From: Octopus vulgaris
Taxonomy: Eukaryota
Length of the DNA stretch: 64,000 bases
Direction of reading: 5' to 3'
NCBI GenBank assembly: GCA_951406725.2
Contig: OX597827.1
Span: 19,034,001-19,098,000 of the forward strand
Under the pieces are notes generated by a model. That model searched no databases. It was not told the DNA's origin and was given only the letters and a program-made list of their open reading frames with translations. A program made the position numbers and the translations under genes. How positions within the stretch are numbered: position 1 is the stretch's first letter; every line of letters starts with the position of its first letter. Positions 43,805-57,674 of this stretch are shown piece by piece.

Positions 43805-43997
43805 CACACACACACGCACGCACGCACGCACACACACATACACACACACACTCACACACACATACACACATACGCATACACACACACGCGCAAAGCTGAC
43901 TGAGTATTTTAGTAGTAGATTACTAACGAATATATTTAACTTTGTACCACTAACACGATAAATCCAGTTGGTCCTGTCTCCTTTAATCCTTTAACTA

Positions 43998-44072
43998 TAT
44001 CATAACCATCATCATCATCATCATCATCACCACCACCATCATCATCATCATCATCATCATTATCATCACCAC

Positions 44073-44123
<51 letters not shown>

Positions 44124-44168
44124 CATCATCATCACTATCAGCATCACCATCACTATCATCACCATCAC

Positions 44169-44203
<35 letters not shown>

Positions 44204-44222
44204 CCATCATCATCACCATCAC

Positions 44223-44284
<62 letters not shown>

Positions 44285-44295
44285 CCACCACCACC

Positions 44296-44350
<55 letters not shown>

Positions 44351-44477
44351 CCACCACCACCACCACCACCACCACCAACATCATCATCATCATCATCATC
44401 ATCATCAACACCATCACCATCACCATCATCATCATCATCATCAACACCATCATCCTCATCATCATCAACGTCATCAA
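43998..44477. repeat. (CAT)n/(CAC)n trinucleotide array
   Basis: Directly visible. Confidence 0.98.
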
Positions 44478-44949
44478 CCTTTGGACACTACTATCTAGAG
44501 CCCTACGGTCTCGAGGGGCTTGTTATCGGATTTCCATGGCGTTAAAGAGTCCGAAATCACAAAACACCCTCGCAAATCACAAAACACCTAGTCCGTCGCA
44601 AGATTACTGCTGAATGAACTGGAGCAACGTGAAATGAAGTATTTTGCTCAAGAACACAACCCACCATCCGATCCAGTTATCAAAACTACGATCTTCGCGA
44701 TAGTGAATGCGACGCCCTCATCATTAGGCCACACACGCCTGCACCACGAACCAACTATTTCCTACAAACCAAAAAGAATAAACTTCTACAAGTCAGAGGT
44801 CAAAGTGGGCTTTCTGGTCTTTATCTCGAACGCAAGATGACAATCCCGAATCCCATGAATATTGGAGAGAGCTGAGTGACCCTTAGCTAAAAACTAACAC
44901 AACAAAATTATGGGTGTCGTAAAGGGCTGAGCTGTTCAGAACTACAAAT

Positions 44950-45493
44950 GATGGCTGCCCCCTCGTTATCGAGTATGGCAATTGCATGAAGCTTAATCAA
45001 TGTTGTTATCGTACAATGCCTGTGCAAGAAGATTTTTTTAAAAGTGAGGAAAGGCTGTGCACTGAGTCAATCCCACTCACTAAGCAACAGCAGTCATAAT
45101 CCGAAAAGAAGAACAAGTCAACATCATCGGTAACCACTGAGCTGCAGGTTTTATGTCGGAGTTATCCTAGTTACCTGAGTTACCTTCTCCTAGAAGGATG
45201 TCCTAACAAAGGCTAGGAGTCCTTCACTCCCAATGGTTTAACCGCGCGATCGGGTATTCAGTCCGATTATTTCTATGTCCCGCGCATGATACAGCCTAAG
45301 ACAGTTATTGGATGGCCGTTGACTCTCAAGAGTTCCTCCGCCCTTTGACGGGTTCTGTTTTTCATCCCACAGGGTGTCCAATAAACACCCTCCTCACCAA
45401 GCTTGCCGGTTTAGTCGCAGATGACCCGACCATGCAACAGGTTGTACTGCGTTACATGTTACCAGTAGCACTCGAAAGTGACCTGACAGAAAT
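44950..45493 (-). mobile_element. Bipartite non-autonomous RTE derivative, copy 2
   Basis: Matches 19426-19981; 10-bp TSD AACTACAAAT at 44940-44949 and 45494-45503. Confidence 0.8.
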
Positions 45494-45959
45494 AACTACA
45501 AATACTGTAATTTGAACTCACGTTTGTTGAATGGGATGCGCAGCCATTAACGACAAATCTATCGCAAAAGAATCCTTGATTGTCATAGTTGGTTGTGTAT
45601 CCCTTGAATATAAACCCAAGACAATAAAGACATCAATTCAAGATTGTGCTCTGTAGTCTGAACCCAACACGATAACCCCTTAAATATCAGTGTTAGCTCT
45701 GACTCTCAACTACGAATCTAACATTAAATAAACGAATATCGGAACTCGATAGATACAAGATTATTGAAGAGTATTATGTAGACCTTGCTACGAAATCTGC
45801 CCAGTAAACCCACAATTGGTGTGGGTTGTACGGTTCTTCACTACAAAATCATCAGAAAAAGCCCACTTATATATGAGTGGACGTTGTAGTCCTTTAACCA
45901 AGAAATCTGTACAATAAGCTCCGTAGGTATGAGCTGTGTAACCCTTACAATAAACTCAT

Positions 45960-46009
45960 GTGTGGACGCACATGGCCTTGTGGTTAGAGCAGCGGAAAGA
46001 AGCCCGTTG

Positions 46010-46094
<85 letters not shown>

Positions 46095-46325
46095 ATGTGT
46101 GTGTTTTTGTGTGTTTGTGTTTGTCCTCTCCAACACCGCTTGACAACCGATGCTGGTGTGTTTACGTCCACGTAACTTAGCAGTTCGGCAAAAGATACCG
46201 ATAGAATAAGTACTAGGGTTACAAAGAATAAGTCCTGGGGTTGATTTCTTCGACTAAAGGCGGTGCTCCAGTATGGCTGCAGTCAAATGACTGAAACAAG
46301 TAAAGGAGTAAAAGAGTAAAAAAGT
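45960..46325 (+). mobile_element. SINE A 3' portion joined to a short family C-type head
   Basis: gtggacgcacatggccttgtggttagagcagcgg followed directly by aaagaagcccgttg and the SINE A tail. Confidence 0.75.
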
Positions 46326-46425
46326 ATTAAAAAAAGAACATTGAAAAGAATGAAATAAAAAAAAAAACCGCACATGCCATCTACCCCAGCAAATCACCTC
46401 ATTCCATCATCTGACTACTTAAGTG

Positions 46426-46839
46426 GGATCTGTTCGGTTTGAACGGCAGTTTTGTCTAGCGGTGTCATATGAAATTGTTACCCATAATTTTGACCCTAGA
46501 ATCGATCTATTGCATTTCAATGTTTTAGGTTTAGGGTTAGGGGTGGGGGGAAGGGCATCTTTTTTTTCTTCACAAATGTAAATAAACCCAATCTTAAACG
46601 AGGGATATATTCATACGGCACAGAATGTTTTTTTTACCTCAATGGACGTAATTGATTGGTTGAAATTGCAGAAATTGAAGAAAAAAAAAACAACAAATAT
46701 CTTACAAACTATAGAATTTTCTCAATAAAGCTAAGAGAAAAAGATGTTTTATAAACACATTCTACCAGTTTATGAAGTTTAAAATTTTTTAGTTACCTAG
46801 AAATTATGTTAAAAACTTCCGTTCAAACCGAAGAGATCC
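46426..46839. mobile_element. Merlin-like MITE copy 2
   Basis: TIRs GGATC...GATCC; 8-bp TSD CTTAAGTG. Confidence 0.92.
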
Positions 46840-46912
46840 CTTAAGTGTATTACACAATTACGCACAATGTCTTGTGAGCGAATTTGGTAAATGGAAACTG
46901 TACGGAAGCTCA

Positions 46913-46969
<57 letters not shown>

Positions 46970-47245
46970 TCTTTTTGTTCGAGTTTGTCACCCAAGCTAC
47001 CACTTGACAGCCAGTGTTAACGTCCCTGTAACTTAGCTTGACAAAAAAGCTGATAGAATAAACACCGCTCTTGGAAAAAGAAATAAGCAGGAAGGGCGTT
47101 TTGATCGACTAATCTCTTCAACTACCATTGACCTTAGCAAATCATCTGATTCCATCCTTTAACACTTAAATCTCAGACACTAAGGCCCCGGTCTGACCAA
47201 TGCGTTGTGATGGATTTTGATAGATGGAAATTGTGTAGAAGCTCG

Positions 47246-47300
<55 letters not shown>

Positions 47301-47718
47301 TGTGAGTGAATGTGTGTGTGTTTGTGGTTGTCCCACCAGCTCGCCGCCTGAGAACCTGTGCTTATATTTCCATGACTTAGTAGTTTGGTAAGAAAGACCG
47401 ATAAATAAGCACCACAGTTTAAAAAATTGTACAGATAATACCGAGGACGATTTGATCGACTAAACCTTTCGCCGACCTTTGACCTCAGCAAATCTGACTC
47501 CATCTACAACTTAGGCATCTTACACTAGAGCTCCAGTATGACCAGTGCTTGTGAGTGAATTTGGTAAAAGGAAACTGTGCAGAAACTCGCTGTGTGTATG
47601 TTTGTGCGTGTATTTTTGTGTTCGTGTCTGTCTCATCCAACCCATCACTTGAGAACCGGTGTTAACATCCCCATAACTAAGCGGTTTGGCAAAAGGCAAA
47701 ATAGGCTGACAAAATAAG

Positions 47719-48140
47719 GGATCTTTTCGGTTTGAACGGCAGTTTTTAACATCATTTCGAGGTAACTAAAAAAATGTTAATTTCGTATACTGGTAGAATG
47801 TGTTTATAAAACATCTTTTTCTCTTGGCTTTATTGAGAAAATTCTATGGTTTGTAAGATATTTGTTGTTGTTTTTCTTCACTTTCTGCAATTTCAACCAA
47901 CCAGTGACGTCCATTGAGGTAAAAAAAGATTCTGTGCCGTATGAATATGTCCCTCGTTTAAGAAACAGATTGGGTTTATTTACATTTGTGAAGAAGAAAA
48001 AAAAGATACTCTTCCCTCCACCCCTAATCCTAACCCTAAAACAGATTGAAATGCAATAGATCGATACTAGGGTCAAAATTATGGGTGACAATTTCATATG
48101 ACACCGCTAGGAAAAACTGTCGTTCAAACCGAAAAAATCC
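47719..48140. mobile_element. Merlin-like MITE copy 3 (opposite orientation to copies 2, 4 and 5)
   Basis: TIRs; 8-bp TSD AAAATAAG. Confidence 0.92.
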
Positions 48141-48196
48141 AAAATAAGTACTACACTTCAAAGAATAAGTATTGAGTGCGATTTGACCATCTAAAC

Positions 48197-48907
48197 CAGG
48201 AGTTCTCAACTACTTTGTATATATGCCCCCCCCCTCTAATTACTATTTTATTCTGGTGGTCCTCCATGGTCATTTGATGTTTAAAAACTAGTTTTATAAA
48301 AAATTCTTTCAAAATTCCTATTTTCTTTATCACACATGAACTTGTGTAGGTTGAATTATGTAGATTTTAAGAGAAGGAAACCCATCTGGGATCTTTTCGG
48401 TTTGAACGGCAGTTTTTTCTAGCGGTGTCATATGAAATTGTCACCCATAATTATGACTCTAGAATCGATCTATTGCATTTCAATCTGTTTTAGGGTTAGG
48501 GTTAGGTGTGGGAGGAAGGGTATCTTTTTTTTCTTCACAAATGTAAATAAACCCAATCTGTTTCTTAAACGAGGGACATATTCATACGGCACAGAATGTT
48601 GTTTACCTCAATGGACGTCATTGATTGGTTGATATTGCAGAAATTGAAGAAGAAAAACAACAAATATCTTACAAACTATAGAATTTTCTCAATAAAGCCA
48701 AGAGAAAAAGATGTTTTATAAACACATTCTACCAGTATACGAAGTTTAAAATTTTTTAGTTACCTAGAAATTATGTTAAAAACTGCCGTTCAAACCGAAA
48801 AGATCCCCCATCTGTTTCTTGCAATACATACCAATACATACATCTGAAGCAACAAAAAATCTTATATGGACCTTCGGGGGCCATACGGAACCGGTTGAGA
48901 ACCACTG
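48197..48907. mobile_element. hAT/Charlie-like MITE containing MITE copy 4
   Basis: Ends CAGGAGTTCTCAAC / GTTGAGAACCACTG; flanks ATCTAAAC / GACTAAAC (degenerate 8-bp TSD). Confidence 0.75.
48389..48806. mobile_element. Merlin-like MITE copy 4
   Basis: TIRs; 8-bp TSD CCCATCTG. Confidence 0.93.
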
Positions 48908-49587
48908 GACTAAACCTTTCAACTAGCATCGATCTCAGTAAGTTATCCGACTCCATCGCCCATTTCTTATTTTATAAACAAACTACAATACACTTCTTTG
49001 ATGAAACAGTAGAAACCGCTGGCTGGCAGGCTGGCTGGCTGGCTAGTTGACTCAGGCCGACGACCCCGTGTTACAGTAAAGTTTCTTACAAAGACATCAC
49101 AGCCACATTTTTCTACCATTCCCCAGAGTCAGCTGCACAACTTCTCCAAGTCTTCATCAGCTACGTAGAAACCTGGCTCCAAGATAGCAGACATAAACGT
49201 TAGCATCAAATAAATCCGCCATATCTTCTTTTCTTGCCAGCAATACTAAAGAATATTAAATATTAAATACATTACACTAAATAACTTAAATGTATTACAC
49301 ACACTCAAGAGAAAACTAACAGAACATACAACAACACTTCCACAACATTCACATCACACATAGAAAACATAATAAAAGGAAAGAATATGACACACACTAA
49401 GGTACATACTTCGAATAATCACAAATAACACATTCGACAAACAGAAGGAAACAGACATAATGATATAGACGAACTACGTTAAAACTACTATGGCATCGAA
49501 ATAGCAGAGCCGTTCGATTCTATCACAAATTACATTGTACATATTGTTCAGACTCGCTCCACTCTGAGTTTGAGTACTACACAAGTC

Positions 49588-49987
49588 ACTCTCTCTCTTT
49601 TACTTGTTTCAGTCATTTGACTGCGGCCATGCTGGAGCACTGCCTTTAGTCGAGCAAATCGACCCCAGGGCTTATTCTTTGTAAGCCCAGTACTTATTCT
49701 ATCGGTCTCTTTTGCCGGGGACGTAAACACACCAGCATCGGTTGTCAAGCAATGCTAGGGGGACAAACACAGACACACAAACATACACACACGCACATAT
49801 ATATATATACATGCATATATACGACGGGCTTCTTTCAGTTTCCGTCTACCAAATCCACTCACGAGGCTTTGGTTGGCCCGAGGCTATAGTAGAAGACACT
49901 TGTCCAAGATGCCACGCAGTGGGACTGAACCCGGAACCATGTGGTTGGTAAGCAAGCTACTTACCACACAGCCACTCCTGCGCCTAT
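49588..49987 (-). mobile_element. SINE family A, near full length
   Basis: Matches the consensus with a small internal deletion. Confidence 0.92.
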
Positions 49988-50050
49988 AGCCGCTCTTTCT
50001 TTTCTTTTTTCTTTAATACTTTCGGGTACGATTAAATAAATGTTATGCAG

Positions 50051-50493
50051 GGATCTTTTCGGTTTGAACGGCAGTTTTTTCTAGCGGTGTCATATGAAAT
50101 TGTCACCCATAATTATGACCCTAGAATCGATCTATTGCATTTCAATCTGTTTTAGGGTTAGGGTAAGTTAGGGTTAGTTAGGGTTAGGGTTAGGGGTGGG
50201 GGAAGGGTGTATTTTTTCTTCACAAATGTAAATAAACCCAATCTGTTTCTTAAACGAGGGACATATTCATACGGCACAGAATGTTGTTTACCTCAATGGA
50301 CGTCATTGATTGGTTGAAATTGCAGAAATTGAAGAAAAATAAAACAACAAATATCTTACAAACGATAGAATTTTCTCAATAAAGCCAAGAGAAAAAGATG
50401 TTTTATAAACACATTCTACTAGTATACGAAGTTTAAAATTTTTTAGTTACCTAGAAATTATGTTAAAAACTGCCGTTGAAACCGAAAAGATCC
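50051..50493. mobile_element. Merlin-like MITE copy 5 with expanded TTAGGG tract
   Basis: TIRs present; no matching TSD; ttagggttagggtaagttagggttagttagggttagggttagggg at ~50152-50195. Confidence 0.9.
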
Positions 50494-50660
50494 TAGATTT
50501 TCTTTTAAACTATAGTATCAAATGCGAATGTGTATGAAATATCAATGAATGTTATAGACGGGAAAATGCAACAAAAAAAAAAAAACGTTTTCAAAACAGT
50601 CGATATTTTTGTAGTTCAAAAATTGCAATTTATAACATAAAATATACTCTAGAATTAGCC

Positions 50661-50912
50661 CGGAAACTTTAGCGCACCAGGCGAGAAGCTTAGCAGTATT
50701 TCGTCTGCCGTTACGTTCTGAGTTCAAATTCCGCCGAGGTCGACTTTGCCTTTCATCCTTTCGGGGTCGATAAATTAAGTACCAGTTGCGCACTTTTGGG
50801 GTCGATAAATTAAATATTAGTTACACACTGGTGTCAATGTAATCGACTTAATCCCATTGTCTGTCCTTGTTTGTCCCCTCTATGTTTAGCCCCTTGTGGG
50901 CTATAAAGAAAT
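50661..50912 (+). mobile_element. SINE family B with internal duplication
   Basis: Core ggggtcgataaattaa is duplicated. Confidence 0.88.
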
Positions 50913-51073
50913 AAGAATTAGCTAGAGATAGTAACGACTAACTATTAAATATTGTTAAACACACCTCGACAAGTGCAATGTACATAAGCAATTCTCTCTA
51001 AATACAACAAACAACCGGCAGTGAGACTGTTTTTAACAGATCTCCAAATGGTTCTTACGGTTTTTTTTTTTTT

Positions 51074-51455
51074 AAGCACTCCGTCGGTTACGACGACGAG
51101 GGTTCCGGTTGATCCGAATCAACGGAACAGCATGCTCATGAAATTAACGTGTAAGTGGCTGAGCACTCCACAGACACGTGCACCCTTAACGTAGTTCTCG
51201 GGGATATTCAGCGTGACACAGAGAGTGACAAGCCGGCCCTTTGAAATACAGGTACAACAGAAACAGGAAGAAAGAGTGAGAGAAAGTTGTGGTGAAAGAG
51301 TACAGCAGGGATCACCACCATCCCCTGCCGGAGCCTCGTGGAGCTTTTAGGTGTTTTCGCTCAATAAACACTCACAACGCCCGGTCTGGGAATCGAAACC
51401 GCGATCCTATGACCGCGAGTCCGCTGCCCTAACCACTGGGCCATTGGGCCTCCAC
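51074..51455 (-). mobile_element. tRNA-headed SINE family C, full length
   Basis: Minus-strand head GTGGAGGCCCAATGGCCCAGTGGTTAGGG...GGTTTCGATTCCC; poly(A) tail seen as the T-run at 51061-51073. Confidence 0.88.
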
Positions 51456-51982
51456 AGGTTCTTATGGTAGGCAATGAGTTAAAGCAGAGGAAGAGAATCC
51501 TTGCGTATTTTTTGTTTTGTTTGTTTTTGTTCTAGTTCTCAGAGCACCAAGTTCAAATCCCAGCGAGGTCAACATTGCCACATTGCTTCATCTCGCCTGT
51601 ATTTTTTTTTCTTTTTTCACAATTTCGGGATTAAATAAATGCAGGACGGTATGCTAGCAGCTTTGTTGAATCGCCGGATGAGATGCATTGCAGTTTTTGA
51701 TCCGGCTCTCTGCGTGTTAAATTTCAGTCCTACTGATATCAAGAGTTTCTTCTTTTATACGTTCGGGACCGATCAAATAAAGTGCCACGCTCCACTACAT
51801 GCGCCATGCCACGCCAGACGTCAATATTTAGCACCTCCCCCTCAACATAGTCACATACACACTCGCACATACATACACACATGCATACACACACACACAC
51901 GCGCGTATGCAAAGAAACATATATACAAACAATACCAATTATTCACACGCACTATACAAACATATACATACTCACACACACC

Positions 51983-52149
51983 ATAGGCGCAGGAGTGGCT
52001 GTGTGGTAAGTAGCTTGCTAACCAACCACATGGTTCGGGTTCAGTCCCACTGCGTGGCATCTTGGGCAAGTGTCTTCTGCTATAGCCCCGGGCCGACCAA
52101 TGTCATGTGAGTGGATTTGGTAGACGGAAACTGAAAGAAGCCTGTCGTA

Positions 52150-52194
<45 letters not shown>

Positions 52195-52427
52195 GTATGT
52201 GTGTGTGTGTGTGTGTGTTTGTGTGTCTGTGTTTGTCCCCCTAGCATTGCTTGACAACTGATGCTGGAGTGTTTAAGTCCCCGTCACTTAGCTGTTCGGC
52301 AAAAGATAACGATAGAATAGTACTGGGCTTACAAAGAATAAGTCCCGGGGTCGATTTGCTCGACTAAAGGCGGTGCTCCAGCATTGCCGCAGTCAAAATG
52401 ACTGAAACAAGTAAAAGAGTAAAGAGT
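51983..52427 (+). mobile_element. SINE family A, full length
   Basis: Matches the consensus. Confidence 0.92.
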
Positions 52428-52439
52428 ATACAAGATACC

Positions 52440-53539
52440 ATCACATCACACATGATACACACTTACATGATACACACTTACATGATACACACTTACATGA
52501 TACACACATACACACTAAAACAAAACCAAATTCACACACATACAGTACCACATTCACATGCATACATACACACTACCACGCATACACACTACCATACACA
52601 CATGCACACAGTCACTGCCACACTACAAAACACACGCATATATACGAGTATACACATACATATATAGTCAACAGTATACACTACTACATACACACACTCA
52701 AACATGCTCGCGCACACGTTAGACATACAGACACACGCACATACGAACATACAGGTACTACGACATACAACCACACAGTACCACGCACACATGCTACCAC
52801 ACACATACTCACGCACACATACACACGTATACATACACATCGCCGATACAACACATACAAACACCACACACATACACCACACAGATACATACACACACAC
52901 GTATACATACCACACACACACACATACGCCACACACACATATACACACACACACATACACCACACACACATATACACCACACACACGTACACCACACACA
53001 CACCACACACACATACACCACATACATATACCGCACGCACACATACACCACACACACACACCACACACTCATATCTACACCCCCCCCACACACATACATG
53101 ACACACAAGCATACACCACACACACTACACACACACACATACACCACACACACATATACACCACACACACATACATATACCACACCGCAACACACTCATA
53201 CCTAAACGACACACACACAAGCATACACAAGCATACACACACACACACTACACACACACATACACCACACACACACTTACGCACACACACATACACCACA
53301 CACCACACACTCATACATACACGACACACATACATACACCATAAAGATATTACACACACACTTGTATACATACATACACCCACTAGCGCGTACACACAAA
53401 CACATGCACACACAGACGCGCATACATATATACATATACATACTGATATACGCATACACAATTACTGATATACACATACACACGGAGAGAGACATACATT
53501 GTATATAACTCTCGTATGCAAACATACGTACATACAACA

Positions 53540-53602
<63 letters not shown>

Positions 53603-54051
53603 AAATAAAGATATGTGTGTGTGTGTGTGTTTGGTATATGTATGTGTGTGTGTGTGGTGTATGTATACGTGTGTGTGTGTGTGTGTGTGTGTGCATGTGT
53701 ATGTGTGTGGTAGCATGTGTGCGTGCTACTGTGTGGTTGTATGTCGTAGTACCTGTATGTTCGTATGTGCGTGGTATATGTATGTAGTATGTATGTATGT
53801 ATGTATGTATGTATGTATATATATGTATACCACACACACATACACCACACACACATACACCACACACGGACTACACACACACACACACATACACCACACA
53901 CGCACTACACACACACACACACACATACACCACACACGCACTACACACACACACACACACACACACATACACCACACACACACACTTACACCGCACATCG
54001 TCGATACAACACATACAAACACCACACACATATACCACACAGATACATACA

Positions 54052-54109
<58 letters not shown>

Positions 54110-54200
54110 GTATTTATTTGTATGTGCACACAACCACGCCCACGTACACACACACATGCGCACACACACACACACACATAAGTATACACACAAACATACC
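52440..54200. repeat. Degenerate (CA)n field with internal duplicated and inverted islands
   Basis: 52737-52808 is inverted at ~53698-53772; 52836-52892 is directly repeated at ~53994-54050. Confidence 0.85.
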
Positions 54201-54514
54201 ACTAGAACATACCACCGTCTTCTACATCTCTCGGAATGATTTTTTTTTCTTGTCTATTTCCAAATGTTTGGCAATTGACACAGGAAATTAGTGGAGAGGT
54301 CAGAGTTCGGCCTTAATTAACGACTGGTTGGTCGAGCATCAGAAGTCTGGTTCCTTGGTGATAGTCGGGTCAGTTTTTATCCCTGTAAGCTGACTGAGCC
54401 ACCAACAGGCTTGGGCTTTGTACCTGATCGAATCTGACAGGATTTCAATACCATCCTTCGATTTTCTGTCATCAACTTTATACAGCCTTTGGTTTCTTTG
54501 TATAATCTGACTGT

Positions 54515-55150
54515 TTCTCTCTTTCTCTCTAACTATCTCTCTCTCTAAATGTCTCTGTCAGTCTGTCTCTGGCTCTCTCTTCCCTCTCCTCCACACTCTC
54601 TCCTCTTTCTCTCTCTTTCTCTCCCTCTCTCTTTCTCTCTCTCCCTCTCTCTCTCTAAATGTCTCTGTCAGTCTGTATCTGGCTCTCTTTTCCCTCTCCC
54701 CCACACTCTCTCCTCTTTCTCTCTCTCTCTGTCCCTCTCTCCTCCCCCTTTCTTTCTCTCTCTCTCTCTGTCCCTCTCTTCTCCCCTCTTTCTTTCTCTC
54801 TCTCTGTCCCTCTCTCCTCCTCTTCCTTTCTCTCTCTCTCTGTCCCTCTCTCCTCCCCTCTTCCTTTCTCTCTCTCTGTCCCTCTCCCCCTCTTCCTTTC
54901 TCTCTCTCTGTCCCTCTCTCCTCCCCTCTTCCTTTCTCTCTCTCTCTGTCCCTCTTTCCTCCCCTCTTTCTTTCTCTCTCTCTGTCCCTCTCTCCTCCCC
55001 TCTTTCTTTCTCTCTCTCTCTCTCTCTCTGTCCCTCTCTCCTCTCCTCTTTCTTTCTCTCTCTCTCCCTCTTTTTGTCACACTCTCCCTCCCTGCCTCCC
55101 TCTGTCTCACTCTCCCTCTTTCTCACTGTGTCGTTCTCTCTCTCCCTCTG
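54515..55150. repeat. Pyrimidine-rich (CT)n minisatellite-like field
   Basis: Recurrent ctgtccctctctcctcccctct units. Confidence 0.95.
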
Positions 55151-55481
55151 CATTTCATTTTCGTCTGTGTGTACATACGTAGGTATATATGTATGAATGT
55201 GGGTATGGGCTTTAAAATATATACACTCACACACGCACACGCACATATATGTATGTATGTACGCACGTGTGTGTTCGCGGGCGCGCGTGAGTGTGCGCGC
55301 GCTGGCGTGTGTTCTCTTCTTGACTGCACTTTCAGATTTTATTTTTACCCGTCCGTCGCCTACTGAGACGGCAATTTTGCAGACTAAATAAATAAATGTG
55401 ATAAAAATAAAGATTGTCTGTTTTTTAATAGGTATCTTGTTCTTTGTATCATCTTTCAGGCAACCATTTAATTTGGGATGG

Positions 55482-55733
55482 AAGCACTCCGTCGGTTACG
55501 ACGATGAGGGTTCCGGTTGATCCGAATCAACGGAACAGCCTGCTCGTGAAATTAACGTGCAAGTGGCTGACCACTCCACAGACACGTGCACCAGCAGGGA
55601 TCACCACCATTCTCTCGTGGAGCTTTAGGTGTTTTCGCTCAATAAACACTCACAACGCCCGGTCTGGAAATCGAAACCGCGATCCTATGACCGCGAGTCC
55701 GCTGCCCTAACCACTGGGCCATTGCGCCTCCAC
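55482..55733 (-). mobile_element. SINE family C, internally deleted
   Basis: Matches both ends of 51074-51455. Confidence 0.88.
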
Positions 55734-55898
55734 TATTTAATTTACCGTTTACATTTCAAGAAAGTTTTGCATATTTTGTATTGTCCCCAGTTATGGGATT
55801 TCGTCCGTAATGATTGAATCACGGATTTTTATTCTTTCCCCTAAAATCCATGGCTAACGGTCTGTACGTATAAGTGTTTCTAATTCCTTGACGCAAGG

Positions 55899-56256
55899 TA
55901 AAGGCGGCGAACTGGCAGAATCGTTTGCACGCCGGGCAAAATACTTAGCAGTATATCGTTGTACGTTCAAATTCCACTGAGGATCGATTTTGCATTTCAT
56001 CCCTTTACCTTTTGAGCCCGTAACCCCGGTTTGCCGGTGGATGGCTTATTTTTCTCTATACCGAAGCACCGCTCTACTGGTGTAGTGCATCTGGAAGCCA
56101 GGTATATAGTCAAATAAGGTTAAGGAGGGGTCAAGGGGTCAAAGGTCGCTAAAATAAGTACCAGTTGATCACTGGGGTCGATGTAATCGACTTAACCCTT
56201 CCCCCAAAATGTCCTACAGTAGAACCCTTCCTCCAAATTTTCCTATAGTAGAAAGG

Positions 56257-56258
<2 letters not shown>
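55899..56258 (+). mobile_element. SINE family B, diverged and interrupted
   Basis: Head aaggcggcgaactggcagaatcg; core resumes at ~56143. Confidence 0.7.
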
Positions 56259-56310
<52 letters not shown>

Positions 56311-56326
56311 GATAATAATAATAATA

Positions 56327-56908
56327 ACAACATGCCCTGATGCAGTACCAGGTAGTGGCTCTCATAGTTTCTGATCTTAATTGATTGGAAGCGTTATCAT
56401 GTACATTGTTTTGTCTTGGTATAAAAGATGAGCTACAGCAAATATTCTGCTCAATACCACAGATTTGCTTGTCAGTTGTTTGACCTCAACCAGTTGAGCA
56501 TGTGTCTTAGTGGCTGGCGATATGTGCACCTCTGATCACGAGCAGAAGTTGTGGGGGAGCATCATAGCCATGTGATGAGAGGAATTCTTTGGGGTTTGGA
56601 TAATTCACCTTTGGAAACATGAGTGTTTAATTCAACATCCTTAAACAACCCTTATTCAGGGACTTTTTGAGTGGAGTGGGTTACTCGACCAGAAGAAAAT
56701 CTAACTGGGTCCCACCGGCAAGGTCATGCGCTGTTAATCTCGATATGAGATCACCATGTAGCGCATGCATCACAACATATGATTGTGGTGCATGCGCCTG
56801 GTGTACCTTTATCAGCCGGGTAGTCATGATGGGTATATTGGGCTTCATATATTTTACCCCAGTGTCACTTTGACGGCATGCAGCGCACTCTCACTCAATA
56901 AAGATAAT
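56327..56908. mobile_element. Unclassified retroposon-like repeat adjoining an (ATT/AAT)n tract
   Basis: Complex ~580-bp block beginning at (AAT)n and ending ctcactcaataaagataat; family not identifiable from the window. Confidence 0.35.
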
Positions 56909-57289
56909 ATACTCCGAATTCTAATTAAAGTACCAGTCAAGTACTGAGGCGATGGTATAAATAAGACTCCTCCTTTGGAAAACTGATAGTCTTTAAATTA
57001 GATAGACTTATTAAGGGCAGAGAAAAAATGCCTTGCTGTTTTGTTTTTGTTTTTTTTTTTTTTTTTTTTGGTTTTGTTTTGCAGATTCTGAGTTCAAATC
57101 CCACTGAATTTCATTTCCCTTATGTTGATAATATGGGTTTCAAATTTTGGCACAAGGCCAGCGATGACGACTTGACAACCAGTGTTGATATGCTTATGTT
57201 CCCCGTAATTTGGCGGTTTTGCGTGCCAAAGAGACTGATAGAATAATTACTAGGCTTTAAAAATATAATATATGAATATATGTCCAGTT

Positions 57290-57660
57290 GTGAGAGAACA
57301 AAATGCAAAAACAACCCCAATATCTTCCGCCGTATTTGTGATTGTTACATTTTAGCTAGACAGCGAAACTAAATCATAGATTTTGTAAAGAAAGCTTATC
57401 TTATTTATTTTGGCATGAAACTGGATGATCAAGTCTGGGCACCGTATACAGTGTCTAAAACATGTATCGAAACACTGAAGCAGTGACTGTTTCCAGCTTC
57501 GTCATGTGAGGAATTTGAGGCTGGTGTGTTTGATGGGCCACAGATTAGATGATTATTGCAGGACGAGCAGTTTTGGGGGACCATGTCTGGCGATGAAAAA
57601 GAAGCAAGGAATGCTTTTACGGCAGTTATGTTTAATTTCATGGAAAGCGAAAGTCACCAA
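57290..57660 (+). pseudogene. Chapaev3-like (CMC) transposase remnant, internally deleted
   Basis: Manual translation gives CKNNPNIF..ICDCY...FVKKAYLIYFGMKLDDQVWAPYTVSKTCIETLKQ and AGVFDGPQIR*LLQDEQF..TMS..EKEARNAF..VMFNFM; superfamily assignment is from recalled motifs. Confidence 0.55.
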
Positions 57661-57674
57661 ATTATGAAGGACTT

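Noticed and set aside
50152-50195. Telomere or chromosome-fusion scar
   Set aside because: The TTAGGG tract is internal to the MITE and present in all copies
51380-51455. Functional tRNA gene
   Set aside because: It is the tRNA-derived head of a multi-copy SINE, without a complete acceptor stem
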